Part shown: positions 1 to 8,164 of the stretch, piece after piece
How positions within the stretch are numbered: position 1 is the stretch's first letter
Layout of the letters: each line of letters opens with the position of its first letter
Source: a virus
Taxonomy: Duplodnaviria; Caudoviricetes
Direction: 5' to 3' (one strand)
Length of the DNA stretch: 27,142 nt
IMG/VR virus record: IMGVR_UViG_3300025016_000027
Coordinates: 1-27,142 of that record
Program-made: the position numbers and the translations under genes
Notes under the pieces: model-generated
The model's input: the letters and a program-made list of their open reading frames with translations, nothing else
Database searches by the model: none
Told to the model about the DNA's origin: nothing

Positions 1-25
1 AACGGGTCACTTTAGCTAGTATCTT

Positions 26-841
26 TCAAATATCACCATATATACGTAATACCTCCTCTACAGCAGCGTGACGTTGAATGTCCTTTCCAGAAAACTCAAC
101 ACCACAAATAAAATCATGCCCAGCAAAGTTTGCAGAACGATGCTTGAAATCAATGAGTCCGTTATCTCCCTCGACTCTGTCAGTCTGCCTGATGTCACCA
201 GTTACCACTAGTTTGCAGTTTTCTCCAATGCGGGTTAATAACATTTTTAGCTGGCTTGGGGTAGCATTTTGCATTTCATCAGCAATGATGAACGCATTCT
301 TAAAAGATCTACCGCGCATAAACGCTAGCGGCGATATTTCAATAATCTCTTCTGCTAGCATCTGTGTCAATTCAGCTACAGAGTAATATTCCTTCATAAC
401 GTCAAATATAGGCCTTGTCCACGGTGCCATTTTTTCATTAAGATCACCTGGCAGGAACCCGATTTTCTCGTTTTCAACTTCAACGGCAGGGCGGGTAACA
501 ATTATTTTTTGTATAACTCCTTCTTTGTATGCCTTAATGGCTGCTAACACTGCTAGCATAGTTTTTCCAGTTCCGGCTGGGCCGGTTGCAAAAACTATTA
601 GCTTATCCTCATCTTGCAATAGCTCAATGTATTCCTCTTGAGCTACACTCTTTGGAATCATCGCAACTGTTTTACGTTGAGCTACATAAGACTTAAAATT
701 AAAAATGTTATCGATTTTTTCACTTGTTTCCGCAATGTGTGCTCTACGTGATCCCCCTTTAATAGCAGCTGATTTGCGTGATTTTACTGGTTGTGAAACT
801 TCCATTTCTCTTGCATGTTGCGCATACTTACGTTTTGCCAA
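26..841 (-). CDS. phoH: PhoH-family ATPase
   Basis: Walker A GPAGTGKT plus the PhoH motifs IVTRPAVE, GFLPGDL.EKM.PW, PLAFMRGR, DEMQN, TRIG, GD..Q.D. Start moved to the TTG at 841 because AGGAG (SD) lies just upstream; the ORF track start is 880. Confidence 0.95.
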   Translation of the reverse strand: MAKRKYAQHAREMEVSQPVKSRKSAAIKGGSRRAHIAETSEKIDNIFNFKSYVAQRKTVAMIPKSVAQEEYIELLQDEDKLIVFATGPAGTGKTMLAVLAAIKAYKEGVIQKIIVTRPAVEVENEKIGFLPGDLNEKMAPWTRPIFDVMKEYYSVAELTQMLAEEIIEISPLAFMRGRSFKNAFIIADEMQNATPSQLKMLLTRIGENCKLVVTGDIRQTDRVEGDNGLIDFKHRSANFAGHDFICGVEFSGKDIQRHAAVEEVLRIYGDI

Positions 842-893
842 AATGTTATCTCCTAAAATTTGTAGGAAGTATGGGATCATCTACCTACAAAAA

Positions 894-900
894 TATTTAC
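894..900 (-). promoter_or_regulatory. T4-type late promoter-like motif (GTAAATA) upstream of phoH
   Basis: TATTTAC on + strand; the TAAATA core recurs in intergenic positions throughout the window. Confidence 0.45.
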
Positions 901-1002
901 CGGCAAATCAAAAAAGCAAAACTAACATATATAAAACCTGAAAAAAAGGTTAAATAAAAGTCTTGCCACCATACACTAAGAATGTTCACCCTCGCGCAAA
1001 AA

Positions 1003-1020
1003 GATAAATAATAGTAAATA
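1003..1020 (+). promoter_or_regulatory. tandem late promoter-like motifs (GATAAATA, GTAAATA)
   Basis: Two TAAATA cores just upstream of the ATG at 1032. Confidence 0.55.
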
Positions 1021-1031
1021 CGAGATAATCT

Positions 1032-1631
1032 ATGGCACAAACTTTGCAGGCAGCGTTAAACAATGTTAAAGACATTTATATGTCAGAAAGTTCATTGGCG
1101 ACACTTTTAGACTTTGAACGAGTGTTGGATGAACTTGATGTATATGCTTTCGCCAACTGGAAGAAGGGCGAGTTGATTGCTGGTCCAGAGTATGAGAAAT
1201 ACTTTGTTTCATGCACTTTTATGTGGCCGTACAAACAAATGCCCGATCCACGCGGTGGTCAGCAACTTTTAAACTATAACTGTGAAGTGTTGTATAAGAA
1301 AGATGAGCTAGAGTATCCAGTCAAGCCAAAATCTCCTGCTGACTTTAGGCCGGGAACTAAGATGGCAAAGACCAAAAAAGTTCCTATTTGGGTTCTTACC
1401 ATCACCATGCCAAAATCTCTCATATCTGACATTGGCAGAGGAACTGTTGAGTTAGAAAACGAGATTTTAGATGCCGCTGATTTAGAGCAGTCATATGATG
1501 AGGGAGTTGACGAAGAAGAAAATAAAGTTGAGGATCAGTTTTCGCCAGACGCTGGAGCACCACAGCAGCAACAAGGTATGGCGCCAGGTGGAATGCCACA
1601 ACAACAGCAACCTGGTATGGGAGGCATGTAA
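1032..1631 (+). CDS. conserved phage hypothetical protein with acidic and Q/G/M-rich C-terminal tail
   Basis: 199-aa ORF with globular-looking N-terminal part; low-complexity tail PQQQQGMAPGGMPQQQQPGMGGM. Confidence 0.85.
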   Translation: MAQTLQAALNNVKDIYMSESSLATLLDFERVLDELDVYAFANWKKGELIAGPEYEKYFVSCTFMWPYKQMPDPRGGQQLLNYNCEVLYKKDELEYPVKPKSPADFRPGTKMAKTKKVPIWVLTITMPKSLISDIGRGTVELENEILDAADLEQSYDEGVDEEENKVEDQFSPDAGAPQQQQGMAPGGMPQQQQPGMGGM

Positions 1632-1632
1632 T

Positions 1633-2205
1633 ATGAACCAGCTAAGTGAAGGTGTTGAAATGGGTGATTTGACAAGATTAGTTCAGCCAATCTTGTCAAT
1701 AGATGAGTTCCGCAGCAAAATGGGTGAAGATAAGGATATTATCGTAGTTGGATTTACTGTGATGGGCAAGTCTCCAGCAGACGACATCGTTAGCTTTATT
1801 GAAAAAAGTTACGATTGGATTTTAGATGCTGATGTGAGCAGTGGTGAAACTGAAGATGGCAACTATATGGTATTTGCTGAGTTCGAACGTACAAAATCCG
1901 CTCCATCTCATATTATGTCGATGATTACTGATCTAGTTAACTTAACTGATCAAGAAGTCAAAGATTGGCAGTTTACTTATTACAAACATAGTACTGGCAT
2001 TCCGTTAACAGAGGAAAATCTCGTTAAAACTATGCTGCTAACTCCTGAATCGTATAATACTAAGGTAGAAGCAAGTGCCGTAGACGCTATAAAAGAGTCA
2101 ACACTACTTAATCAGTACAGAGCAATGGCTGGAGTTCGTGTTCCAGCAGCAAAAATAGTGGACATGCAGATTTTAAACATGCAACGCGCAGCAGGGATAA
2201 AATAA
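1633..2205 (+). CDS. hypothetical protein (190 aa)
   Basis: ATG at 1633 right after the upstream stop, GGAGG upstream; the track's 1495 start overlaps the previous gene. Confidence 0.8.
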   Translation: MNQLSEGVEMGDLTRLVQPILSIDEFRSKMGEDKDIIVVGFTVMGKSPADDIVSFIEKSYDWILDADVSSGETEDGNYMVFAEFERTKSAPSHIMSMITDLVNLTDQEVKDWQFTYYKHSTGIPLTEENLVKTMLLTPESYNTKVEASAVDAIKESTLLNQYRAMAGVRVPAAKIVDMQILNMQRAAGIK

Positions 2206-2867
2206 TGAACGAATACGGTTTTGATTTTGACTTCACTCTCGAAGAAGTTCAGCAAATACTTCCTCACACTCAAGATGTGGAAGAATGGTACGTTGCTTTG
2301 AGAGATAATCTCGGGAACTACAACATCAACACCAAGAGACGGGTTGCAGCATTTATGGCGCAAACTGCTCATGAATCAGCAGGATATACTAGACTTAGAG
2401 AAAATCTCAACTACAGAGCCGAATCATTGATAAAAGTTTGGCCAACACGATTCAATCGAAGTAACGCATGGACTTATGCCCACCAGCAATCTGCTATAGC
2501 AAACAAAGTTTACGCTGATCGTATGGGAAATGGCGGCGAAGCAAGTGGTGATGGATGGAAATATAAAGGTCGTGGGCTCATTCAGTTGACTGGCAAGGAT
2601 AACTATAGTGCATGCAGTTTAGAAATGTATGGCGATTTAAGGTTGCTTGACACCCCAGAAATATTAGAAACTGACCGCGATGCAGCCGTTAAATCAGCTT
2701 GCTGGTTTTGGAACTCTCGTAATCTAAATTCACTTGCTGACATTGGCGACATCAAGACCATGACCAAAAAAATAAATGGCGGATATATTGGATTAGATGA
2801 ACGGATCAAACTCTTCACCACTGCTATAACTGTTTTTGAAACAACAGAGGGATTATCCAATGTTTAG
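2205..2867 (+). CDS. glycoside hydrolase family 19 endolysin
   Basis: AAFMAQTAHES, ENLNY, YADRMGN, DGWKYKGRGLIQLTGKDNY, SACWFW, TKKINGG..GL..R are GH19 phage lysin motifs. Confidence 0.93.
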   Translation: MNEYGFDFDFTLEEVQQILPHTQDVEEWYVALRDNLGNYNINTKRRVAAFMAQTAHESAGYTRLRENLNYRAESLIKVWPTRFNRSNAWTYAHQQSAIANKVYADRMGNGGEASGDGWKYKGRGLIQLTGKDNYSACSLEMYGDLRLLDTPEILETDRDAAVKSACWFWNSRNLNSLADIGDIKTMTKKINGGYIGLDERIKLFTTAITVFETTEGLSNV

Positions 2868-3243
2868 GTTACCTATTATGACTTTTCTTAAATCACCAGC
2901 TTTTAAATACCTCATTGCTGCATTAGCTATTGCTGCTGGATTGTATTTTGTTTACAACAACGGGCAGCAAAATGTGCAAGAGAAATGGGATGCTGAAAAG
3001 ATTTTAGTAGCAGCGCAAATAAAAGCGTTAAATGAAAAAGCGGCAATGATTACCACTGTTGAAGTTATTAAGTATGTTGACCGCGTCAAAACAGTAAAAG
3101 TTAAAGGTGACACCATAACTCAATATGTTGACCGTTTTATAACAGTTGAGTCTGATGCAAAATGTGTCATCCCGAAAAACTTCATTTTACTTCATGATGC
3201 AGCCGTAACTAATACGGTTCCAGACACAGGAGAAAAAAAATGA
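2860..3243 (+). CDS. i-spanin (Rz-like)
   Basis: Single N-terminal TM segment (YLIAALAIAAGLYFVY), helical periplasmic part, C-terminal Cys; lies between the endolysin and a lipoprotein gene. Confidence 0.8.
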   Translation: MFRLPIMTFLKSPAFKYLIAALAIAAGLYFVYNNGQQNVQEKWDAEKILVAAQIKALNEKAAMITTVEVIKYVDRVKTVKVKGDTITQYVDRFITVESDAKCVIPKNFILLHDAAVTNTVPDTGEKK

Positions 3244-3548
3244 GAGTCCCCTCTATACTATTAGCAGCACTACTTTTATCGTTGGCAGGATGCAGCACTG
3301 CTCCATCAGCTAAATACTCTTTCCCAGACGCACCAGCAGAGTTGATGGTTGCGCCAGAACCGTTAAAAACATTGAGACCAGCCGAAAGTTTAACGGGGGT
3401 CACAGTTACTGATAGTTCAGCGTCAGATGTTAAACTGTCAGAAGTTTTAAAGACGATCACTGAAAACTACAAGATTAGTAACCAGTATAAAGAGCAGATT
3501 TTATCTCTTCAAAGCTGGATCAAGGCACAAAAAGCTAACAACCCGTGA
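3240..3548 (+). CDS. o-spanin lipoprotein (Rz1-like)
   Basis: Signal peptide with lipobox LAGC, Pro-rich segment (FPDAPAELMVAPEPL); ATGA overlap with the i-spanin. Confidence 0.82.
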   Translation: MRVPSILLAALLLSLAGCSTAPSAKYSFPDAPAELMVAPEPLKTLRPAESLTGVTVTDSSASDVKLSEVLKTITENYKISNQYKEQILSLQSWIKAQKANNP

Positions 3549-3563
3549 ATCTGACACTTTTGG

Positions 3564-3570
3564 CTAAATA
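3564..3570 (+). promoter_or_regulatory. late promoter-like motif CTAAATA
   Basis: Only 5 nt separate the TAAATA core from the holin ATG. Confidence 0.55.
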
Positions 3571-3575
3571 CCAAA

Positions 3576-4016
3576 ATGAGCAAAACTAAAGATCAGTATA
3601 ATCAAACATGGATGCAGTCACATTGGAGGCCAGCAATGGCGTGGCAATATATGGCTGTGTGTCTTTTTGATTTTATTTTAGCTCCTATATTTTTGGGCCT
3701 TTACTCATACTACACCAAAACACCTTACATAGCGTGGATTCCACTTAGTTTGCAAGGTGGTGGGCTATATCACCTTGCTATGGGTGCTATCGTTGGTGTT
3801 ACCAGCTACGCAAAATCACAAGAAAGAGTATCATTGAGTAATATTCCTCTGAGATCGTACCAAGATCCTTACCAGGACCAAGGTCCATATCAAGGTCCAT
3901 ATCAAGGTCCATATCAAGAGCCATATCAAGGTCAATACGCAGGCAGGCAGCCGCAACAAAGATATACAAAGTCACCAAGGCAAATAACCGATCCAGAAAC
4001 AGATCCAGAAAGATAA
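3576..4016 (+). CDS. putative holin (3TM-holin-like)
   Basis: WRPAMAW.Y motif, two hydrophobic segments, G...Y.KS.ER ending; adjacent to endolysin and spanins. Confidence 0.7.
   Translation: MSKTKDQYNQTWMQSHWRPAMAWQYMAVCLFDFILAPIFLGLYSYYTKTPYIAWIPLSLQGGGLYHLAMGAIVGVTSYAKSQERVSLSNIPLRSYQDPYQDQGPYQGPYQGPYQEPYQGQYAGRQPQQRYTKSPRQITDPETDPER
3861..3938 (+). repeat. 12-bp tandem repeat (CAAGGTCCATAT; QGPY) in the holin tail
   Basis: Three exact copies at 3879-3914 flanked by degenerate copies. Confidence 0.9.
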
Positions 4017-4025
4017 TCAAATTAT

Positions 4026-4054
4026 TTGACTTTACTGGTCCGGTAGTGTAGAAT
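4026..4054 (+). promoter_or_regulatory. sigma70-type promoter for dnaJ-clpA(N)
   Basis: TTGACT-17 nt-TAGAAT. Confidence 0.65.
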
Positions 4055-4060
4055 ATACGC

Positions 4061-4954
4061 ATGAATCATTATGAAATTTTGGGTGTGAGTAACACCGCCA
4101 CGGCAGACGAGATCAAAAAAGCCTATCGTAAACTTGCCAGTGCCCACCATCCTGACAAAGAGGGTGGGGACACCAAAAAGTTTCAAGAAATACAAGCTGC
4201 ATACGCTATCTTGAGCGAGCCGCAAAAAAGAGCGCAGTATGACGAGGAACTTGCAGGAGGCGGGCGGCCACAGCACTTCTCCTTCCATACTGGCAACATG
4301 GGTGGTCGAGGAGGGATGCCAGGTGACATTGAAGAAATGCTACGCTCATTTATGCAGAACGGTGGGGGAGACGGTGATTTTGGTGGAAATCCATTCAACC
4401 CATTTGCTCGGAGACCCCCACCGCGGCAACAAAAAAATCAAGATGTAAGGATTAATTACCAGATTGATTTAGTAGACACGCTGTCTGAACAAGTCAAAAT
4501 GCTTGACCTCAGAATTCCTGGGCTACCTGGAGAACAGATTGAGCTAAAAATCCCGCGCGGTGTTTTTCATGGTGCTGTTATCAAATACCCAGAACTGGGC
4601 GGCAAGGCTATCAAAGAACTTCCAAGGGGGGACTTGCATGTTCAGTTTCATGTAAAGCCACACCCAGACTTTGACTTTGATGGAATGACACTGATTACAC
4701 AGTTGACTATTGACGCGCTAGAAGCTATCATAGGGTGTGAGAAAGAAATCACAGGATTGGATGGTAAAGTATTTTCGTTAACTATTCCTCCAGGAACACA
4801 GTTTGGAACAAGGTTTGGAATCAAAGATCAAGGACTCTACCACACTAATATGCCAGGTCGTGGTAAGCTAATCGTAATGCTTAAAATCGAAGTTCCTACA
4901 AACTTAACTGACGATCAACTTAAAACAATTCGTGACCTGCTAGTGACACGATAA
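4061..4954 (+). CDS. dnaJ: DnaJ class B / CbpA-like co-chaperone
   Basis: J domain with HPD, G/F-rich linker, C-terminal substrate-binding domain (GDLHV, EAIIG, IPPGTQ); no zinc finger. Confidence 0.93.
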   Translation: MNHYEILGVSNTATADEIKKAYRKLASAHHPDKEGGDTKKFQEIQAAYAILSEPQKRAQYDEELAGGGRPQHFSFHTGNMGGRGGMPGDIEEMLRSFMQNGGGDGDFGGNPFNPFARRPPPRQQKNQDVRINYQIDLVDTLSEQVKMLDLRIPGLPGEQIELKIPRGVFHGAVIKYPELGGKAIKELPRGDLHVQFHVKPHPDFDFDGMTLITQLTIDALEAIIGCEKEITGLDGKVFSLTIPPGTQFGTRFGIKDQGLYHTNMPGRGKLIVMLKIEVPTNLTDDQLKTIRDLLVTR

Positions 4955-4976
4955 CTATTTTATACAAAAGGATATT

Positions 4977-6536
4977 ATGATTAACTCAAGCCCAGAAATT
5001 GATATTATCGTTTCTTCTGCAACCGGAATTGCAAAAGAAAGATCGCACGAGTATGTTACGCTAGAGCACCTGAGTTTGGCATTAATTGAGTATGAGCAAT
5101 TCAACAAGCTAGTTTCAACTTTTGGTGTCAACACAGATGCGGTTAAAATAGAGTTGGTCACTTACCTCGATTCTCAAACTTACTTAGTAAGCAAAGATCC
5201 AGGGTATGATTCTCCTCGCAGAACCCATGCTCTTGAGCGTGTATTTAACCGTGCCTTTACCCAAGTTATTTTCAGTGGTAGGGCGCAGATGCAAATTGTT
5301 GACATCTTCCTAAGTATTACTAGCGAATCAAATAGTTTCGCATATTATGTCTTTACCAAATATGGTATGGATCGTCAGCAACTTGCCGAATATTATGTAA
5401 AAAACTATAATGAGGCAAAAGGCAGCAAAGCCGCAAGGTCGCATAAAGCTGATGAAACTTTAGATGAATATTGCACTAACCTAAACGAAAAAGCAAGCGC
5501 AGGTAAAATTGACCCAGTCATTGGTCGCGAGGCTGATCTCATTGAAATATCAGAAGTTTTGGCCAAGCGTAACAAAAGCAATGTTTTGCTTGTTGGTGAC
5601 CCAGGCACCGGAAAAACGGCTTTGGCCGAGGGGCTGGCACTGCAAATTGTCAATGGGCATGTGCCAGAGTATCTTAAAGACTTTACTGTTTACAGTTTAG
5701 AGATTGGATCATTGCTTGCTGGTAGTAAATACCGCGGCGAGTTTGAAGAAAAACTTAAAAATGTCATTGAAGCATTGACCCTTAAAGGCAATACTATTTT
5801 ATTTATTGATGAAGCACACCAGATGCGTGGTGCTGGGGGTGGGTCCAGTGGATCAGCAGTAGATTTTGCCAACATGATCAAACCTGCGTTGACCAAGGGC
5901 AATATTAAAGTTATTGCATCAACTACTTGGGAAGAGTATTCAACATCGTTTGAAAAAGACCGTGCTCTTATGCGCCGTTTCTACCGGATGACAGTCAATG
6001 AGCCTACACCCGAAGTAGCGATCCAAATCTTGACTGGTTTGAAACCACACTTTGAAAAGTTCCATAAGGGTAAGATTGATGACTCTGCAATCGAGGCAGC
6101 AGTTATGTTGAGCGTAAGGTATCAATCTGACAAGCGGTTACCAGACAAGGCAATTGACTTGATTGACACTGCCTGCGCAAAACAGAAAATCTTAGGTAAT
6201 GCATACACTATTACTCGCGACCATATTATTGACACTTTGAGTAAGTTTACCAAAATCCCGTCAGATCAGATCGGGGCAGAGCAAACTTCATCATCTCTAT
6301 CTGCATTGGATGGTAATATCAAGACCCACTTGTTTGGGCAGGATAAAGCAGTTGACGAGGTGTTGGAAAAGATTTATGTTGCAAGAGCAGGGCTAAAATC
6401 AGTAAATCGGCCAATGGGTTGCTTCTTGTTTAGTGGGCCTAGCGGAACTGGCAAATGCCTTTCGTATGACCAAGAGGTCACAATTCAAATGAGCAATGAT
6501 ATGTTTATTTTTGCCAAAGAGCAAGGTATTATTTAG
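4977..6536 (+). CDS. clpA: ClpA-type AAA+ ATPase, N-terminal fragment (N domain, D1, start of D2) fused to a 26-aa N-intein
   Basis: Clp N domain (HEYVTLEHL), GKIDPVIGR, Walker A GDPGTGKT, AGSKYRGEFEE, Walker B ILFIDEAH, LPDKAIDLID; stops after D2 Walker A GPSGTGK followed by CLSYDQEV. Confidence 0.93.
   Translation: MINSSPEIDIIVSSATGIAKERSHEYVTLEHLSLALIEYEQFNKLVSTFGVNTDAVKIELVTYLDSQTYLVSKDPGYDSPRRTHALERVFNRAFTQVIFSGRAQMQIVDIFLSITSESNSFAYYVFTKYGMDRQQLAEYYVKNYNEAKGSKAARSHKADETLDEYCTNLNEKASAGKIDPVIGREADLIEISEVLAKRNKSNVLLVGDPGTGKTALAEGLALQIVNGHVPEYLKDFTVYSLEIGSLLAGSKYRGEFEEKLKNVIEALTLKGNTILFIDEAHQMRGAGGGSSGSAVDFANMIKPALTKGNIKVIASTTWEEYSTSFEKDRALMRRFYRMTVNEPTPEVAIQILTGLKPHFEKFHKGKIDDSAIEAAVMLSVRYQSDKRLPDKAIDLIDTACAKQKILGNAYTITRDHIIDTLSKFTKIPSDQIGAEQTSSSLSALDGNIKTHLFGQDKAVDEVLEKIYVARAGLKSVNRPMGCFLFSGPSGTGKCLSYDQEVTIQMSNDMFIFAKEQGII
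6456..6533 (+). mobile_element. split intein N-fragment (IntN, 26 aa) of ClpA
   Basis: Begins with Cys1 in a block-A-like CLSYDQEVTI exactly at the GK|T position of the P-loop. Confidence 0.85.
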
Positions 6537-7653
6537 CGATCATTTCATTCCGAGAAAAACTGCCAGACGAATAATCTCTTATTGCTGACTTTACCTGTTC
6601 TAACAATATTCGGGCAGAATTCTCAGAATCTGAAGAGTAAATCTCATAGAATTTCCAACCGGCGGTTTCTGCGAGAATCTTTTTATATTGATCAACCGCG
6701 AAAACTTCGTCAGCTGTTTTTTTAGAGTATAGAGCTCTCCACAAATGCCAAGTCTCTGTATTTTTTGGATTCGGATGAAATGCTTCACCGTGATATTCGG
6801 CTATAATTGATAATGATGGTATGGTTAAGTCGTAAAAGAAAGGTTTAAGTAACTTATCATCATAGATGAACCATTCTTTGTTTCCCTTAACCCCCATATA
6901 ATATTGAATGTTATTCACCTCTAATAGAGATATAATATCTTGGAATACAATGACAGATTCATTGCTAGCTTTACCAATCCTTGAAGTTCTATTTCGTTTT
7001 TCACGCATGACCATATATCGAAGCTTACCTTCATCTTCACCATACCGTTCAATGTATCTCCATAATCCCAAACTACGTTTTCTTCCGATTATTGGCTCAG
7101 CCATTGCTGCCGCCCAAGCTATTTTACGACTGTTAAATTTTTCTGTTCCGAGTTCTAATCCATATGTTTTAACATATCGGGATAATGTGTTAGTTGCTTG
7201 TATTTCAGCCACCCTTGCTTTTGCTTCATCTTCAGTCATACCTTTTTTTATCCAAAATTTAAATGATCGAATCGAGTATATGTCACTACCTGCTAATTTT
7301 TGAGCAGCAATCATTCCGCGACGCTGTTGCGCCTCGTAAGAATGATCAAAATGACCAGTTTTTTTCTTATTGATTTCTTTATATCGTTTACTTCCTTCTT
7401 CGTTTCCATATAGCAGCACCTGCATTGCCAAGTCACTGCTGTGTAGTGTTTTAACAATTTTCCATTTTTCTGCCCAATCAGTATACCCTTGTTTAATAAA
7501 TTTGATTATGGTTTTGATTTTGTCATAATTAAATTTATAAATTGTGTCAAAATGTAGTAATGCTTTATGCTCATCTGCGGTTAACTCACGATTACCGAAT
7601 TCCATTTTATAATATTTGCTACTGGTTAATTTTTTTGCTATTGTCTTTGCCAT
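6529..7653 (-). CDS. free-standing putative homing endonuclease (Vsr-like / PD-(D/E)XK C-terminal domain), antisense within clpA
   Basis: Repeated YGxExG helical motifs (YGNEEG, YGLELG, YGEDEG); C-terminal FYDLTIPSLSIIAEYHGEAFH. Start likely at 7653 (or 7668), downstream of a TATAAATA; the ORF track start is 7710. Confidence 0.8.
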   Translation of the reverse strand: MAKTIAKKLTSSKYYKMEFGNRELTADEHKALLHFDTIYKFNYDKIKTIIKFIKQGYTDWAEKWKIVKTLHSSDLAMQVLLYGNEEGSKRYKEINKKKTGHFDHSYEAQQRRGMIAAQKLAGSDIYSIRSFKFWIKKGMTEDEAKARVAEIQATNTLSRYVKTYGLELGTEKFNSRKIAWAAAMAEPIIGRKRSLGLWRYIERYGEDEGKLRYMVMREKRNRTSRIGKASNESVIVFQDIISLLEVNNIQYYMGVKGNKEWFIYDDKLLKPFFYDLTIPSLSIIAEYHGEAFHPNPKNTETWHLWRALYSKKTADEVFAVDQYKKILAETAGWKFYEIYSSDSENSARILLEQVKSAIRDYSSGSFSRNEMIAK

Positions 7654-7673
7654 ATCCTGTTGCTCCATAATAT

Positions 7674-7681
7674 TATTTATA
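7674..7681 (-). promoter_or_regulatory. T4-type late promoter TATAAATA for the endonuclease
   Basis: TATTTATA on + strand, an exact match to the T4 late consensus. Confidence 0.7.
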
Positions 7682-7723
7682 CTTTTTACCAAAAAACTTG
7701 TTTTTTTCATAACATTACTGTAT

Positions 7724-7731
7724 TATAAATA
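7724..7731 (+). promoter_or_regulatory. T4-type late promoter TATAAATA for clpA(C)
   Basis: Exact TATAAATA 22 nt before the ATG at 7754, with an AAAGGT SD between them. Confidence 0.72.
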
Positions 7732-7753
7732 CTTTACAACTAAAAGGTATCAC

Positions 7754-8164
7754 ATGATTGCTACTACTTTGCCCATCGGCAAACTATTTGAAATTTTTGA
7801 ACAATATGAGAAAATAAAATTTGATCCAGGCACTGAGCAGTTCCTCAATTCTCCCGTGAAAATACAAGACGAGAACAATAACTGGATTGATGTTCCGGCT
7901 GCTATTACTAAGATCGACACTGGATTACAAGTAACTTTCAGCAATGGTGACATAATTCGAGGCGCAGCAAAACATCTTATTTCCATTGGCAAAAAATGTG
8001 TGTTTCTTAAAGATTTAACTATTGGCGAATCTATTACTAAAGCCTCGGGTGAAATTATTCATGTTACTTCTATTTCCGAAACAGATGATACTATATTCTA
8101 CGATCTTAGTGTCAACTCTGACACTCACTTATATCAGACAGCAAATGGTATTGTTCATCATAAC
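7754..8164 (+). mobile_element. split intein C-fragment (IntC, 137 aa) of ClpA
   Basis: Block-B-like IRGAAKHLI, block F FYDLSV, terminal ANGIVHHN followed by Thr+1. Confidence 0.88.

Noticed and set aside
3861-3938. CRISPR array
   Set aside because: Short in-frame coding tandem repeats with no spacers; the same applies to 16617-16658.
6537-7753. Group I intron interrupting clpA
   Set aside because: The gap is almost entirely an antisense ORF with no room for an intron core, and intein motifs explain both junctions.
7616-7753. Hydrophobic N-terminal extension (signal or TM) on ClpA-C
   Set aside because: It is AT-rich promoter and antisense DNA read in frame; promoter and SD point to ATG 7754.
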